Source: Bacteroidota bacterium (GTDB taxonomy: Bacteria > Bacteroidota > Bacteroidia > Chitinophagales > Saprospiraceae). Taken from it: a stretch of DNA of 64,000 nucleotides. The stretch covers positions 1,831 through 65,830 of the forward strand of contig JANSWP010000032.1 of the NCBI GenBank assembly GCA_024743405.1, in the 5' to 3' direction. The position numbers and the translations under genes are program-made. Shown piece by piece: positions 10,396 through 18,513 of this stretch. Numbering within the stretch: the stretch's first letter is position 1; every line of letters starts with the position of its first letter. The notes under the pieces were generated by a model. That model was not told the DNA's origin. It ran no database searches and saw nothing but the letters and a program-made list of their open reading frames with translations.

Positions 10396-10658
10396 GTCAA
10401 GTGATAGTGATTTAGATTAGAGCATGTTTTAAATTTTAGCTAACTGAAATTCAATAGATTATGGTTCTGACCCGAAATTAACGAAAGAGTTAATCGGGAT
10501 CAATGATTGAGTTAATTTAAAGTCAGGTTTATAATGTATTGATTATCAGGAATATAAAGTTTGTAAATGCTCTCAGCTTAGTGTTCTCGATTTAGCCTTC
10601 TCCATTGTCAAATGAGAACTCTTAAACTGCGTTGATTAATATTTTTTGTGGAAAATTG

Positions 10659-13037
10659 TTATTCTACTTTCGAAGGGTTTTTTTTCAGAAAATAAGCATT
10701 TGGTATATTTTCTGGATCTGGAATAGGTAAAGTTTTTGTACCAATGACTTTATTATCAGAACCAAAATATAAGTCATAAACTTTACCTTTAAGGTCTATT
10801 TTTGGAGCATTTGAATATTCATTGAATAAGTGCAAATGAGTGCTATTGGGAAACATTTTTCCAATTTTTTCATCCCATTCTTCTCTCCATTTTTTACTTA
10901 AATTGCCATCTTTCTTCCTTTCTTTATATTCCGCCCGGTATTGTTGGATTAAATTATTGTACTCACGAGTTTTGTCTTTGTCTGAAAACGGGGAAGTAAT
11001 ATTTAAGTGCATTTCTGGGTTGACCAATAAGTCTATATTTTCGTTGTATTCTATATTTGGAGCGACTAAAGCTTCATCCAAATTATACAAAAGATTGACA
11101 TCAGGTGAAAGGGCTAATGAGGCATTATTTAGGATTTCTTCATAATAAGCATTAGGAGTTGAGGAAATTGCTTCTAAATCCTTATCTAAATTATTGAACT
11201 CACTTTTGTTAAAATACCATAGATTACCCTGGGCTTCTTTGTTTTTTGATTTCTTTTTACTCTTCGAACGTTTGTTTTTCTTTTTGTCTTTTGTTTTATC
11301 TGGAAAAAACAGAGCATTTTCATCGAAGTTTTTTACTTCACCATTCCAGATAAATGGCTTATTACTATCTGTCTTAAAAAAGAAAGAATTTGATCCGTCG
11401 CTATCTGAATATTCTTCCACAATTATCATTTTATCACCTTCTTCTAAATTTTCAATTTCCTCTCCATCAATAGTGATTTTACCGTTTTCATCTTGCTCAA
11501 TTTTGATTTCAATCGGCTCTTTTCCAGATTCTTCCTCAATGATAATAGTGGTCGTTCCGCCTTCATTTTTTTCTGTTGTAATTGTTCTTGATTTTGATTT
11601 TGAACGCCACATTGTTGCTGGAGGGCTTGGTGGTGCTGGTGGAGTTGGAAAACCTTTTACCAAAGGTAAGATTGGTGCTATTGGTGCGGTAGGCGCTTCC
11701 GGTGCAAACAACGATGAAGGTGGTGCGGTAGGCGCAGGCGGCTCTGGCATATCTTCAGCTATTTCTTTTAGTTCCCCAATCTCCTCTTCATATTCCTCAT
11801 ATCTTTCTTCTGGAATTTCCTTTCCATCAACTTTCAATTCTGTAACCTTCCCATTTTCCATACGAATTTCGATATCGCCTCTTTTTTCCTTTTTTATGCG
11901 AGTCTTTCCTTTTGGGTTAGTGTCTCGTTCGATTGGTTTTACAAAAAGGATTTCTTCTTCAGTATCTAAATTTTCAACTAATAAATGATCTAATTCAACT
12001 TCCTCATTTTGAATCCAAATATTTTCAAAAGGTATATTTGCCCCAAAAGAAAGCATAATCATTGCTAGAAAGAGCATAAGAGTCGCGGTGATTTTTTCCA
12101 TAATATTAGATTTATTTTGTGGTTGATTTAATACACGTTTTACTCTATTCAATAGTTGATTTTTGTTTTTCGAGAATGGCATTGCTAGCACTGGTGCAGC
12201 CTGATGCATTTCTTGAAGACTCACCAAAGCCTTTGCATATGCCACAGAATTTCCACAAACTTTTACTGCGATATCATCACAGCAGTTTTCTCGTTCTGAA
12301 CGGATATTTGCTGAAATCCACCAAATGGCAGGATTAAAATAAAAGAGGGTTTCAATTAATGATTGAAGGATATTTAATAAATAATCATGACGATAAATGT
12401 GTGCTAACTCATGCGCTAAAATTGCCTCGACTTGTGCTATAGAAAGGTTATTAATTGCGCCCACAGGCATCAAAATCATCGGCTTTAAATAGCCTACAAC
12501 CATTGGAACTTTAACCAAAGTCGATTCTACTAAATCTATTGTTTTATTAAGTGGAATTTGATCAGATAAATCATTTAATTTTTGTTGCCAAAAGCTAGAA
12601 AGTGGCTGATTATGAGTGTTTTTCAAATGTTGAATATAGGCCAAACCTCCTAACATTCGGAGCATGAAAAAGGCAACTCCAATAAACCAAAAAGTCACAA
12701 TTAAAGGTAGATGGCTATTGAAATATTCGCTGAAATTTTGATATAAAATTTGTAATAGACTGCCTTCTTGCTCAAGAGAAGAAGCACTAAAAAAGGCCAT
12801 TTCTTCCATTAAAAAAGCTTCTGATTGTAATAAATCCCAGAAGGTAAACATAGACCAGACTAATACAGTCAACATAGCAAATCCTGATAACAAATATCTA
12901 AATCTCGCAGAACGTTTTTGAAGAAAAACTAATAAAAGTGCTAATACAAGTCCTATGACAAATGCTTGCCAGAGTGAGTGTAAAACTGTCCAACCGAGAG
13001 CGTATAATAATTTTTCAGAAAGTAAAGAATGTATCAT
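10659..13037 (-). CDS. BlaR1/MecR1-like M56 peptidase sensor with atypical tail (module 1)
   Basis: N-terminal TM helices and the zinc motif AHELAHIYRHD. After about aa 330 comes an E/K-rich region, a proline-rich linker (PEPPAPTAPP...PTPPAPPSPP), a K-rich tract and a ~200-aa unassigned end. Confidence 0.85.
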   Translation of the reverse strand: MIHSLLSEKLLYALGWTVLHSLWQAFVIGLVLALLLVFLQKRSARFRYLLSGFAMLTVLVWSMFTFWDLLQSEAFLMEEMAFFSASSLEQEGSLLQILYQNFSEYFNSHLPLIVTFWFIGVAFFMLRMLGGLAYIQHLKNTHNQPLSSFWQQKLNDLSDQIPLNKTIDLVESTLVKVPMVVGYLKPMILMPVGAINNLSIAQVEAILAHELAHIYRHDYLLNILQSLIETLFYFNPAIWWISANIRSERENCCDDIAVKVCGNSVAYAKALVSLQEMHQAAPVLAMPFSKNKNQLLNRVKRVLNQPQNKSNIMEKITATLMLFLAMIMLSFGANIPFENIWIQNEEVELDHLLVENLDTEEEILFVKPIERDTNPKGKTRIKKEKRGDIEIRMENGKVTELKVDGKEIPEERYEEYEEEIGELKEIAEDMPEPPAPTAPPSSLFAPEAPTAPIAPILPLVKGFPTPPAPPSPPATMWRSKSKSRTITTEKNEGGTTTIIIEEESGKEPIEIKIEQDENGKITIDGEEIENLEEGDKMIIVEEYSDSDGSNSFFFKTDSNKPFIWNGEVKNFDENALFFPDKTKDKKKNKRSKSKKKSKNKEAQGNLWYFNKSEFNNLDKDLEAISSTPNAYYEEILNNASLALSPDVNLLYNLDEALVAPNIEYNENIDLLVNPEMHLNITSPFSDKDKTREYNNLIQQYRAEYKERKKDGNLSKKWREEWDEKIGKMFPNSTHLHLFNEYSNAPKIDLKGKVYDLYFGSDNKVIGTKTLPIPDPENIPNAYFLKKNPSKVE

Positions 13038-13064
13038 GATGATTTAAAATTGTCGTTTTTTGAA

Positions 13065-13457
13065 TTAGGATTTTTTCTCCATCTTTTCAATGAGGGCTTT
13101 TATTTCATCCAACTCCTTTTTGGAGGCTTCATGGTTCCCCAATGCTTGCATCACCATTTTCATTGCTGATCCTCGAAAAGCCGAATCCACAAATTGACTT
13201 AATAATTTTTCTTGTGTTTCCGATTCCTCAATATTTGCTGAATAAATATGAGTCCGGCTATCCGTATTTCGTTTTACCAGACCTTTTTCGAGCATGATTT
13301 GCATCAATTTTAACGTGGTTGTATAACCTATCTCTTTTGGATATTTCTCATTCAATGCATCGTTCACAAATCGAACAGAAACAGATCCATGTTCCCATAA
13401 AATTTGAAGAATCTCGAGTTCTCCATCAGTCGGTTTCGAACTATTTTTTTTAGACAT
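13065..13457 (-). CDS. BlaI/MecI/CopY-family repressor (module 1)
   Basis: 130 aa. ELEILQILWEHGSVSVRFV...YTTTLKLMQIMLEKGLVKR..RTHIYS is the typical Penicillinase_R winged helix. It lies 27 nt upstream of the M56 gene. Confidence 0.9.
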   Translation of the reverse strand: MSKKNSSKPTDGELEILQILWEHGSVSVRFVNDALNEKYPKEIGYTTTLKLMQIMLEKGLVKRNTDSRTHIYSANIEESETQEKLLSQFVDSAFRGSAMKMVMQALGNHEASKKELDEIKALIEKMEKKS

Positions 13458-13478
13458 AATCAGTTGTGATTTTCTATC

Positions 13479-13551
13479 TACGAGTAATTTCGTAACACAA
13501 GTTTATACGAACATTTTCGTAAATCCAAATCCTTTTACGAATTTTTTCGTA
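13479..13551 (-). promoter_or_regulatory. control region of module 1: three dyad operators interleaved with -33/-7 elements
   Basis: The dyads are TACGAA-N4-TTCGTA at 13536-13551 and 13506-13521 (both perfect) and at 13479-13494 (1 mismatch). On the minus strand the -33 TTTG is at 13527-13530 and the -7-like TAAACTTG is at 13498-13505, with 21 nt between them. Confidence 0.65.
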
Positions 13552-13582
13552 AATTAAGGATAATTAACATTGACAAAAGGTT

Positions 13583-13753
13583 GTAGCAGGGGCGTATATA
13601 AAATAAAAAAGCACTTCCCAAATTAATGGAAAGTGCCTTGCGCGATTTGAAAATACACGCGTTCTCATACTTCAGCTCTTTCGGTCGGCAGCGAGTTTGA
13701 GTTAAATAATAATCACAAAAGAACAGACTCAAAAAAGTACTCGCCCCTGCTAC
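13583..13753. repeat. 12-bp perfect GC-rich inverted repeat enclosing 147 bp
   Basis: gtagcaggggcg (13583-13594) pairs with cgcccctgctac (13742-13753). Confidence 0.6.
13600..13636 (-). terminator. intrinsic terminator after the acidic lipoprotein gene
   Basis: The minus strand reads GCACTTTCC-attaatttg-GGAAGTGC followed by TTTTTTATTTT. Confidence 0.5.
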
Positions 13754-13792
13754 CTACCAAAAGTTGAAAACAATCACTTTTGAAAACTCGTA

Positions 13793-15109
13793 TTATTTTG
13801 AGCCTTTTAAGACAGCTTTTGTTGTTGCCCCATTTCCTCCTCCAATAATCAACTTATCTGTATCATCTCCCTTAAAACCGTAACAATCTTCAAAGAGTAT
13901 ATCTAATTCATCATCACTATTCACTTCTTGGGTAGTACCGTCATCTAGTGTTACAGAAATTGGATATTCGAAAGTTGGAAAATCCATGCTTTGTGGGTTT
14001 TGGGTGTACCAGTCATCAATTATAGTTTCTAGTGATTCATCATCAGCCGCCACAGAGGTTGTGCCATCAGGGAAAATAACAGTGATTGGATAGTTTATTG
14101 TAAAACAATCATCAAATTCGTCTTCTTCGCAAGCCTCCAGAAGTGCCTCCAATTCGTCATCATTACCCACAGACTGGATGGTACTGTCTTCCAAAATCAC
14201 ATCGATTGGGTAATTGAATGTTGGCAATAAAGTATCATTTGGATTTTGATCATAATAATCGAAAATGATGGTTTCCAAAGTTTCATCATCATTGGCGGTT
14301 TGTGTTGTACCATCAGGGAGAATTACGTCAATTGGATAAACAAATTCAAAGCATAAATCAAATTCGTCGTCACAATTTGGATCATCACAATCGTCCCACC
14401 CACCAAAGCATTCTTCTAATAAGATTTCTAACTCTTCTTCTGAATTTAAACTTTGAATTGTTCCATCTTCTAATGTCACTTCAATAGGGAATACTAATTC
14501 AGGATCTAGTGTATCATTTGGGTTTTGTTCAAACCAATTTTCAAAAATCAGTTCTAATTCTTCATCGTCATTTGCCGTTTGAGAAGTTCCATCTGGAAGT
14601 AAAACATCTATAGGATAGTTAAATTCGAAACAAGCATCAAAACCATCACATTCACCTTCAAAACCATCATCCCATCCGCCGAAAATTTCGTCAAAATCTT
14701 CGTCAGTACATGCGGCAAAATCTGTTACCCCTTCGCATTCGGCAATGCAGGCATTGTCGTAAATCTCTCCATCTGGTGTGCAAACTGGTGTTAAAAGTGC
14801 TTCTACTTCTTCGTTAGTCATTTGATCTAAAATTGCCTCGATTTGAATAATAATTTCATCTTCAGAGGCTTCCCAATCGATGCCGTCAAATGCGGAATAA
14901 CAACCACAGTCATCGCCATTTTCGCCTCCGCCGCGAATTCCTACATGACCGCTATTATTAATGTTTCTAGCAGCTTGAGAGAGTTGAGCATTACTGGTTG
15001 TTTTGTTTGTTAGATTGTCGACGGTTTCCTTTTGACAGGAAGAGAAAAACGCTAAAATAAAGAGTAGTGTCATTGCACCGAAGTGCCGAAAATTGATTGA
15101 TTTGATCAT
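13793..15109 (-). CDS. acidic repeat lipoprotein with Kazal-like cysteine core
   Basis: Lipobox LAFFSSC. The Kazal-type spacing PVCTPDGEIYDNACIAEC is at nt 14708-14788. Three tandem ~85-aa repeats each contain two YPI-V-L-DGT-Q...DEEL half-units. The protein is extremely D/E-rich. Confidence 0.6.
   Translation of the reverse strand: MIKSINFRHFGAMTLLFILAFFSSCQKETVDNLTNKTTSNAQLSQAARNINNSGHVGIRGGGENGDDCGCYSAFDGIDWEASEDEIIIQIEAILDQMTNEEVEALLTPVCTPDGEIYDNACIAECEGVTDFAACTDEDFDEIFGGWDDGFEGECDGFDACFEFNYPIDVLLPDGTSQTANDDEELELIFENWFEQNPNDTLDPELVFPIEVTLEDGTIQSLNSEEELEILLEECFGGWDDCDDPNCDDEFDLCFEFVYPIDVILPDGTTQTANDDETLETIIFDYYDQNPNDTLLPTFNYPIDVILEDSTIQSVGNDDELEALLEACEEDEFDDCFTINYPITVIFPDGTTSVAADDESLETIIDDWYTQNPQSMDFPTFEYPISVTLDDGTTQEVNSDDELDILFEDCYGFKGDDTDKLIIGGGNGATTKAVLKGSK
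13880..14632 (-). repeat. three tandem coding repeats (~250 bp each) inside the lipoprotein gene
   Basis: The protein repeats start CFEFNYPIDVLLPDGTSQTANDDEELE, CFEFVYPIDVILPDGTTQTANDDETLE and CFTINYPITVIFPDGTTSVAADDESLE. Confidence 0.7.
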
Positions 15110-15501
15110 GATTTAAAAAAACTTTAAGGATTAAGAAATTAAAAAGAGCTCAGAAGCATGTGTTCACGGTTTGGAGTTCGCCACTCAGTAAAAAATTGTG
15201 AACGTATTTGTCTGAAGAATCTTGAAAATTTGGTTTAGTAACTCCACTCATGGGCATAGGCAATACAATAACCATCCGCCCAGGGAGCAGAACCATGTTG
15301 AACTTATATTTTAAATGAATTTTAGAACTCGCTTAAAAGCTGCTGTTAATTGAGCAATTTTGCAAATTCGAACACAAGACAACTTGAAGTTTTATTTCCC
15401 CTATATTTTTCTTTATTTTTTTGAATTTATTTTTAGAAAATAAATTAAATAATTGATAATCAAGTGTTTAATTAAAGTCTTAAAACTTGAAAAAACAGAT
15501 G

Positions 15502-15542
15502 ATATCGATTCGATATTGAACCTTGAACTTTCATTACCTTTG
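15502..15542 (+). promoter_or_regulatory. palindrome plus -7 box upstream of paaZ
   Basis: ATATCGA-T-TCGATAT (15502-15516) is a 7-bp perfect dyad. TACCTTTG (15535-15542) matches TAnnTTTG and lies 31 nt before the ATG. Confidence 0.4.
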
Positions 15543-15572
15543 CTTTTTTGACTAACCAATACAACACCAAAT

Positions 15573-17618
15573 ATGAAACTTTCCAACTATGCTCTAGGCA
15601 AATGGATCCCTCATGAAGGAGAAGGGATTCCGCAATACAATGCGATAACAGGAGCATTAATCTCTACAGCAGGAAGTGAAGGCTTAGATTATGCTGCAAT
15701 GATGGATTTTGCAAGGAAGACAGGCGGTAAAGTCCTTCGAAAAATGACTTTTCAAGAGCGTGGTTTGATGCTTAAAAAATTAGCCTTTCATCTTCACGGG
15801 ATTCGAAAGAAGTATTACCCATTAAGTTTCCAAACTGGGGCAACCAAAGCAGATAGTTGGGTTGATATTGATGGAGGAATAGGTACCTTATTTGCTTACG
15901 CGAGTCTTCGCAAAAAATTTCCGAATGAACCCTTTTATGTAGATGGAGAAATGGCGAAACTATCGAAAGAAGGGACTTTTATTGGACATCATATCAAAGT
16001 GCCAAAACATGGTGTGGCGATCCATATTAATGCCTTTAATTTCCCAATTTGGGGAATGTTAGAAAAGATTTCTGTGAATTTATTGGCAGGAGTTCCTGCA
16101 ATTGTTAAGCCTTCCGAATTGACTTCTTTTTTAACTAAAGCAATGGTAGAGGATATTATCGCATCAGGTATTTTACCAGAGGGATCTTTACAATTGGTTT
16201 GCGGTCAAGGGATCGGAATTTTAGACGCCGTGACTTCCCAAGATGTAGTTACCTTTACAGGCTCTGCGTCGACTGGGCGTATGCTGAAAGCACTTCCTCA
16301 AATTATCAATAAGGCTGTCCCTTTCAACATGGAAGCGGATAGTTTGAATGCTTGTATTTTGGGAGAAGATGCCACACCAGGAACTGTTGAATTTGACTTG
16401 TTTATAAAAGAAGTGAAGCGGGAAATGACGACTAAAGCTGGACAAAAATGTACAGCGGTTCGAAGAATAATCGTTCCTGAAAATTTAGTCGAGGATGTTC
16501 AAATCGCTTTAGGAAAATCTTTGCAAAGAACTTCGATAGGTGATCCTAGTGTCGAAGGGGTGAGAATGGGGGCATTGGTCGCTCGCTCACAAATGGAGGA
16601 AGTCAGAAAAAGAGTTGAACAATTGTCAAAAAGCACAGAAATCGTTTATGGTGATTTGGATAATTTTGAAATCATTGGAGCTGATAAAAATAAAGGTGCA
16701 TTCATGTCACCAATTTTATTTTTGAATGATAATCCTTTCGAAAAGCAGGACTCTCATCATATCGAGGCATTCGGACCAGTGAGTACAATTATGCCTTATA
16801 AAGATTTGGAAGATGCAATTGAATTAGCAAATATGGGCAAAGGCTCTCTTGTTAGCTCAATTGTAACAAATGACTCAAAAATTGCCAAAGATTATGTCAT
16901 GGGCTCGGCGGCTTATCATGGTCGAGTTCTTATATTAAATGAAGCTTGCGCTAAAGAAAGTACTGGTCATGGTTCACCCATGCCTTTAATGATGCATGGC
17001 GGCCCTGGTAGGGCAGGAGGTGGCGAAGAAATGGGAGGTATGAGAGGAGTGATGCACTACCTTCAAACAACAGCCATTCAAGGGCATCCGACCATGCTCA
17101 CTAAAGTCACTAATCAATATCAATACGGCGGAGAGCAACATGAAGATCGCTTACATCCTTTCCAGAAATATTTTGAAGAGCTTGAAATCGGTGAAACTTT
17201 GATTACGGCGAAACATACCGTTACGGTGGCGGATATTGTCAATTTTGCTAATGTAAGTGGGGATCATTTCTATGCACATGTAGACGAGACTTCTTTGGAA
17301 GGCACTATTTTCGAAGGGCGGGTCGCGCATGGATATTATTTGATGTCTAAAGCGGCCGGTCTATTTGTACATGCAAAAAAAGGACCTGTTTTATTAAACT
17401 ATGGAATTGATGAATGTCGCTTTGTCAAACCCGTTTATCCCGGTACAACGATTGGGGTTAAATTAACTTGTAAAGAGAAAATCGATCAAGAAAAAAGGAG
17501 CGAAGAGGACATTGCAAAAGGAATTGTAAAGTGGCAAGTGGAAATATATGACAATGATAATGAGACGGTTATGTTAGGAGCCATTTTAACGATGGTGAAG
17601 AAAATTGACCAATCTTAA
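15573..17618 (+). CDS. paaZ: bifunctional aldehyde dehydrogenase / MaoC-hydratase, PaaZ-like
   Basis: 681 aa. The N-terminal ALDH domain has the catalytic region KAGQKCTAVRR. The C-terminal MaoC hot-dog domain has NFANVSGDHFYAHVDE. Architecture and length match PaaZ. Confidence 0.85.
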   Translation: MKLSNYALGKWIPHEGEGIPQYNAITGALISTAGSEGLDYAAMMDFARKTGGKVLRKMTFQERGLMLKKLAFHLHGIRKKYYPLSFQTGATKADSWVDIDGGIGTLFAYASLRKKFPNEPFYVDGEMAKLSKEGTFIGHHIKVPKHGVAIHINAFNFPIWGMLEKISVNLLAGVPAIVKPSELTSFLTKAMVEDIIASGILPEGSLQLVCGQGIGILDAVTSQDVVTFTGSASTGRMLKALPQIINKAVPFNMEADSLNACILGEDATPGTVEFDLFIKEVKREMTTKAGQKCTAVRRIIVPENLVEDVQIALGKSLQRTSIGDPSVEGVRMGALVARSQMEEVRKRVEQLSKSTEIVYGDLDNFEIIGADKNKGAFMSPILFLNDNPFEKQDSHHIEAFGPVSTIMPYKDLEDAIELANMGKGSLVSSIVTNDSKIAKDYVMGSAAYHGRVLILNEACAKESTGHGSPMPLMMHGGPGRAGGGEEMGGMRGVMHYLQTTAIQGHPTMLTKVTNQYQYGGEQHEDRLHPFQKYFEELEIGETLITAKHTVTVADIVNFANVSGDHFYAHVDETSLEGTIFEGRVAHGYYLMSKAAGLFVHAKKGPVLLNYGIDECRFVKPVYPGTTIGVKLTCKEKIDQEKRSEEDIAKGIVKWQVEIYDNDNETVMLGAILTMVKKIDQS

Positions 17619-17649
17619 CCTGAAAGTTGACAGATTATCTAAGATTCAT

Positions 17650-17699
17650 GGGATAAATCCTATTTGCGTTTATTCTTATTTGCAAACAGGATTTATCCC
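17650..17699. terminator. bidirectional hairpin between paaZ and the M15 peptidase gene
   Basis: gggataaatcct / aggatttatccc is a 12-bp perfect stem. The right arm overlaps the last codons of the minus-strand gene. Confidence 0.6.
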
Positions 17700-18485
17700 T
17701 AGAATATATTTCTCAACTACCCCGATTGCTATTGCTCCTTCAGCCCCCTCGAAACCTTCAATCATCTCATCTTTCATTTGCTCTTTTGCCAAATTTGTTA
17801 ATTTTTGAGAAACAGGAAGATAAGACCAATGCCAATTTTCGAGTTCATAACCTTCGGGTCTATCATCACCTTTTTTTGAATAAACTTGGCAGAAACCATA
17901 GTTGCGAGCATTAGTGGTCAACCATTCATATTCTTTCAGCCCTTGACCTTTTTCGAAGTAATCATTTTCAAAATTATTTAAGTCAATATCTGTTCCCCAA
18001 TGATGGCGAGAAGTGCTCGGCATGGAACTATACTTTAAAATTGCCAAGGCTCTATCTTTTCCAAATGGGTAGATTTTTGAAGCATCTTTTCCACTTTCGA
18101 TTTTAGTTTTTCCTGTCCATTTTCTTTCCCAAATTCTTTTTTGATAATCGAAATTCCGGGTAGCGGATTTAATTGTCAAATTAATGCCATCGGCTTTGGC
18201 GGCTGTCCACATTTTTTTGAAACTTTCATAGACATCTTTTCTCAAGAACAAACCTTCTCGGTCTGCATATTTAGTATCAATCTTAGTAAAATCAGGATGC
18301 TTAGCAGGATCGAATTTGCCCATGATGTAATTCAAGTCAAACTCGATATTTTGGGTTTCAGTTGCTGTATTTTGAGAAACTGGCTGAGCTGTTGTTTTGG
18401 GTACTTCTTTAATAGTTTTTTGTTCAGGGTTTGAACAAGAAAAAATTGGAAAAAGGAAGAGGAGAAGAAAGGTGATTTTGTACAT
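17676..18485 (-). CDS. M15-family D-alanyl-D-alanine carboxypeptidase-like lipoprotein
   Basis: Lipobox FPIFSC. VanY/M15B-type motifs SATRNFDYQKRIW, SRHHWGTDIDLN and ENWHWSY. Confidence 0.75.
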   Translation of the reverse strand: MYKITFLLLFLFPIFSCSNPEQKTIKEVPKTTAQPVSQNTATETQNIEFDLNYIMGKFDPAKHPDFTKIDTKYADREGLFLRKDVYESFKKMWTAAKADGINLTIKSATRNFDYQKRIWERKWTGKTKIESGKDASKIYPFGKDRALAILKYSSMPSTSRHHWGTDIDLNNFENDYFEKGQGLKEYEWLTTNARNYGFCQVYSKKGDDRPEGYELENWHWSYLPVSQKLTNLAKEQMKDEMIEGFEGAEGAIAIGVVEKYILGINPVCK

Positions 18486-18513
18486 CTTAGATTTATTTTA
18501 TGTTTTCTCAAAA

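Noticed and set aside
11194-11988. 264-aa plus-strand ORF
   Set aside because: It lies entirely antisense to the low-complexity tail of the M56 sensor gene. Its S/F/I-rich translation mirrors the E/K-rich sense frame.
13535-13732. 65-aa minus-strand ORF
   Set aside because: It overlies the operator array, the inverted-repeat element and a terminator, and has no coding-like composition.
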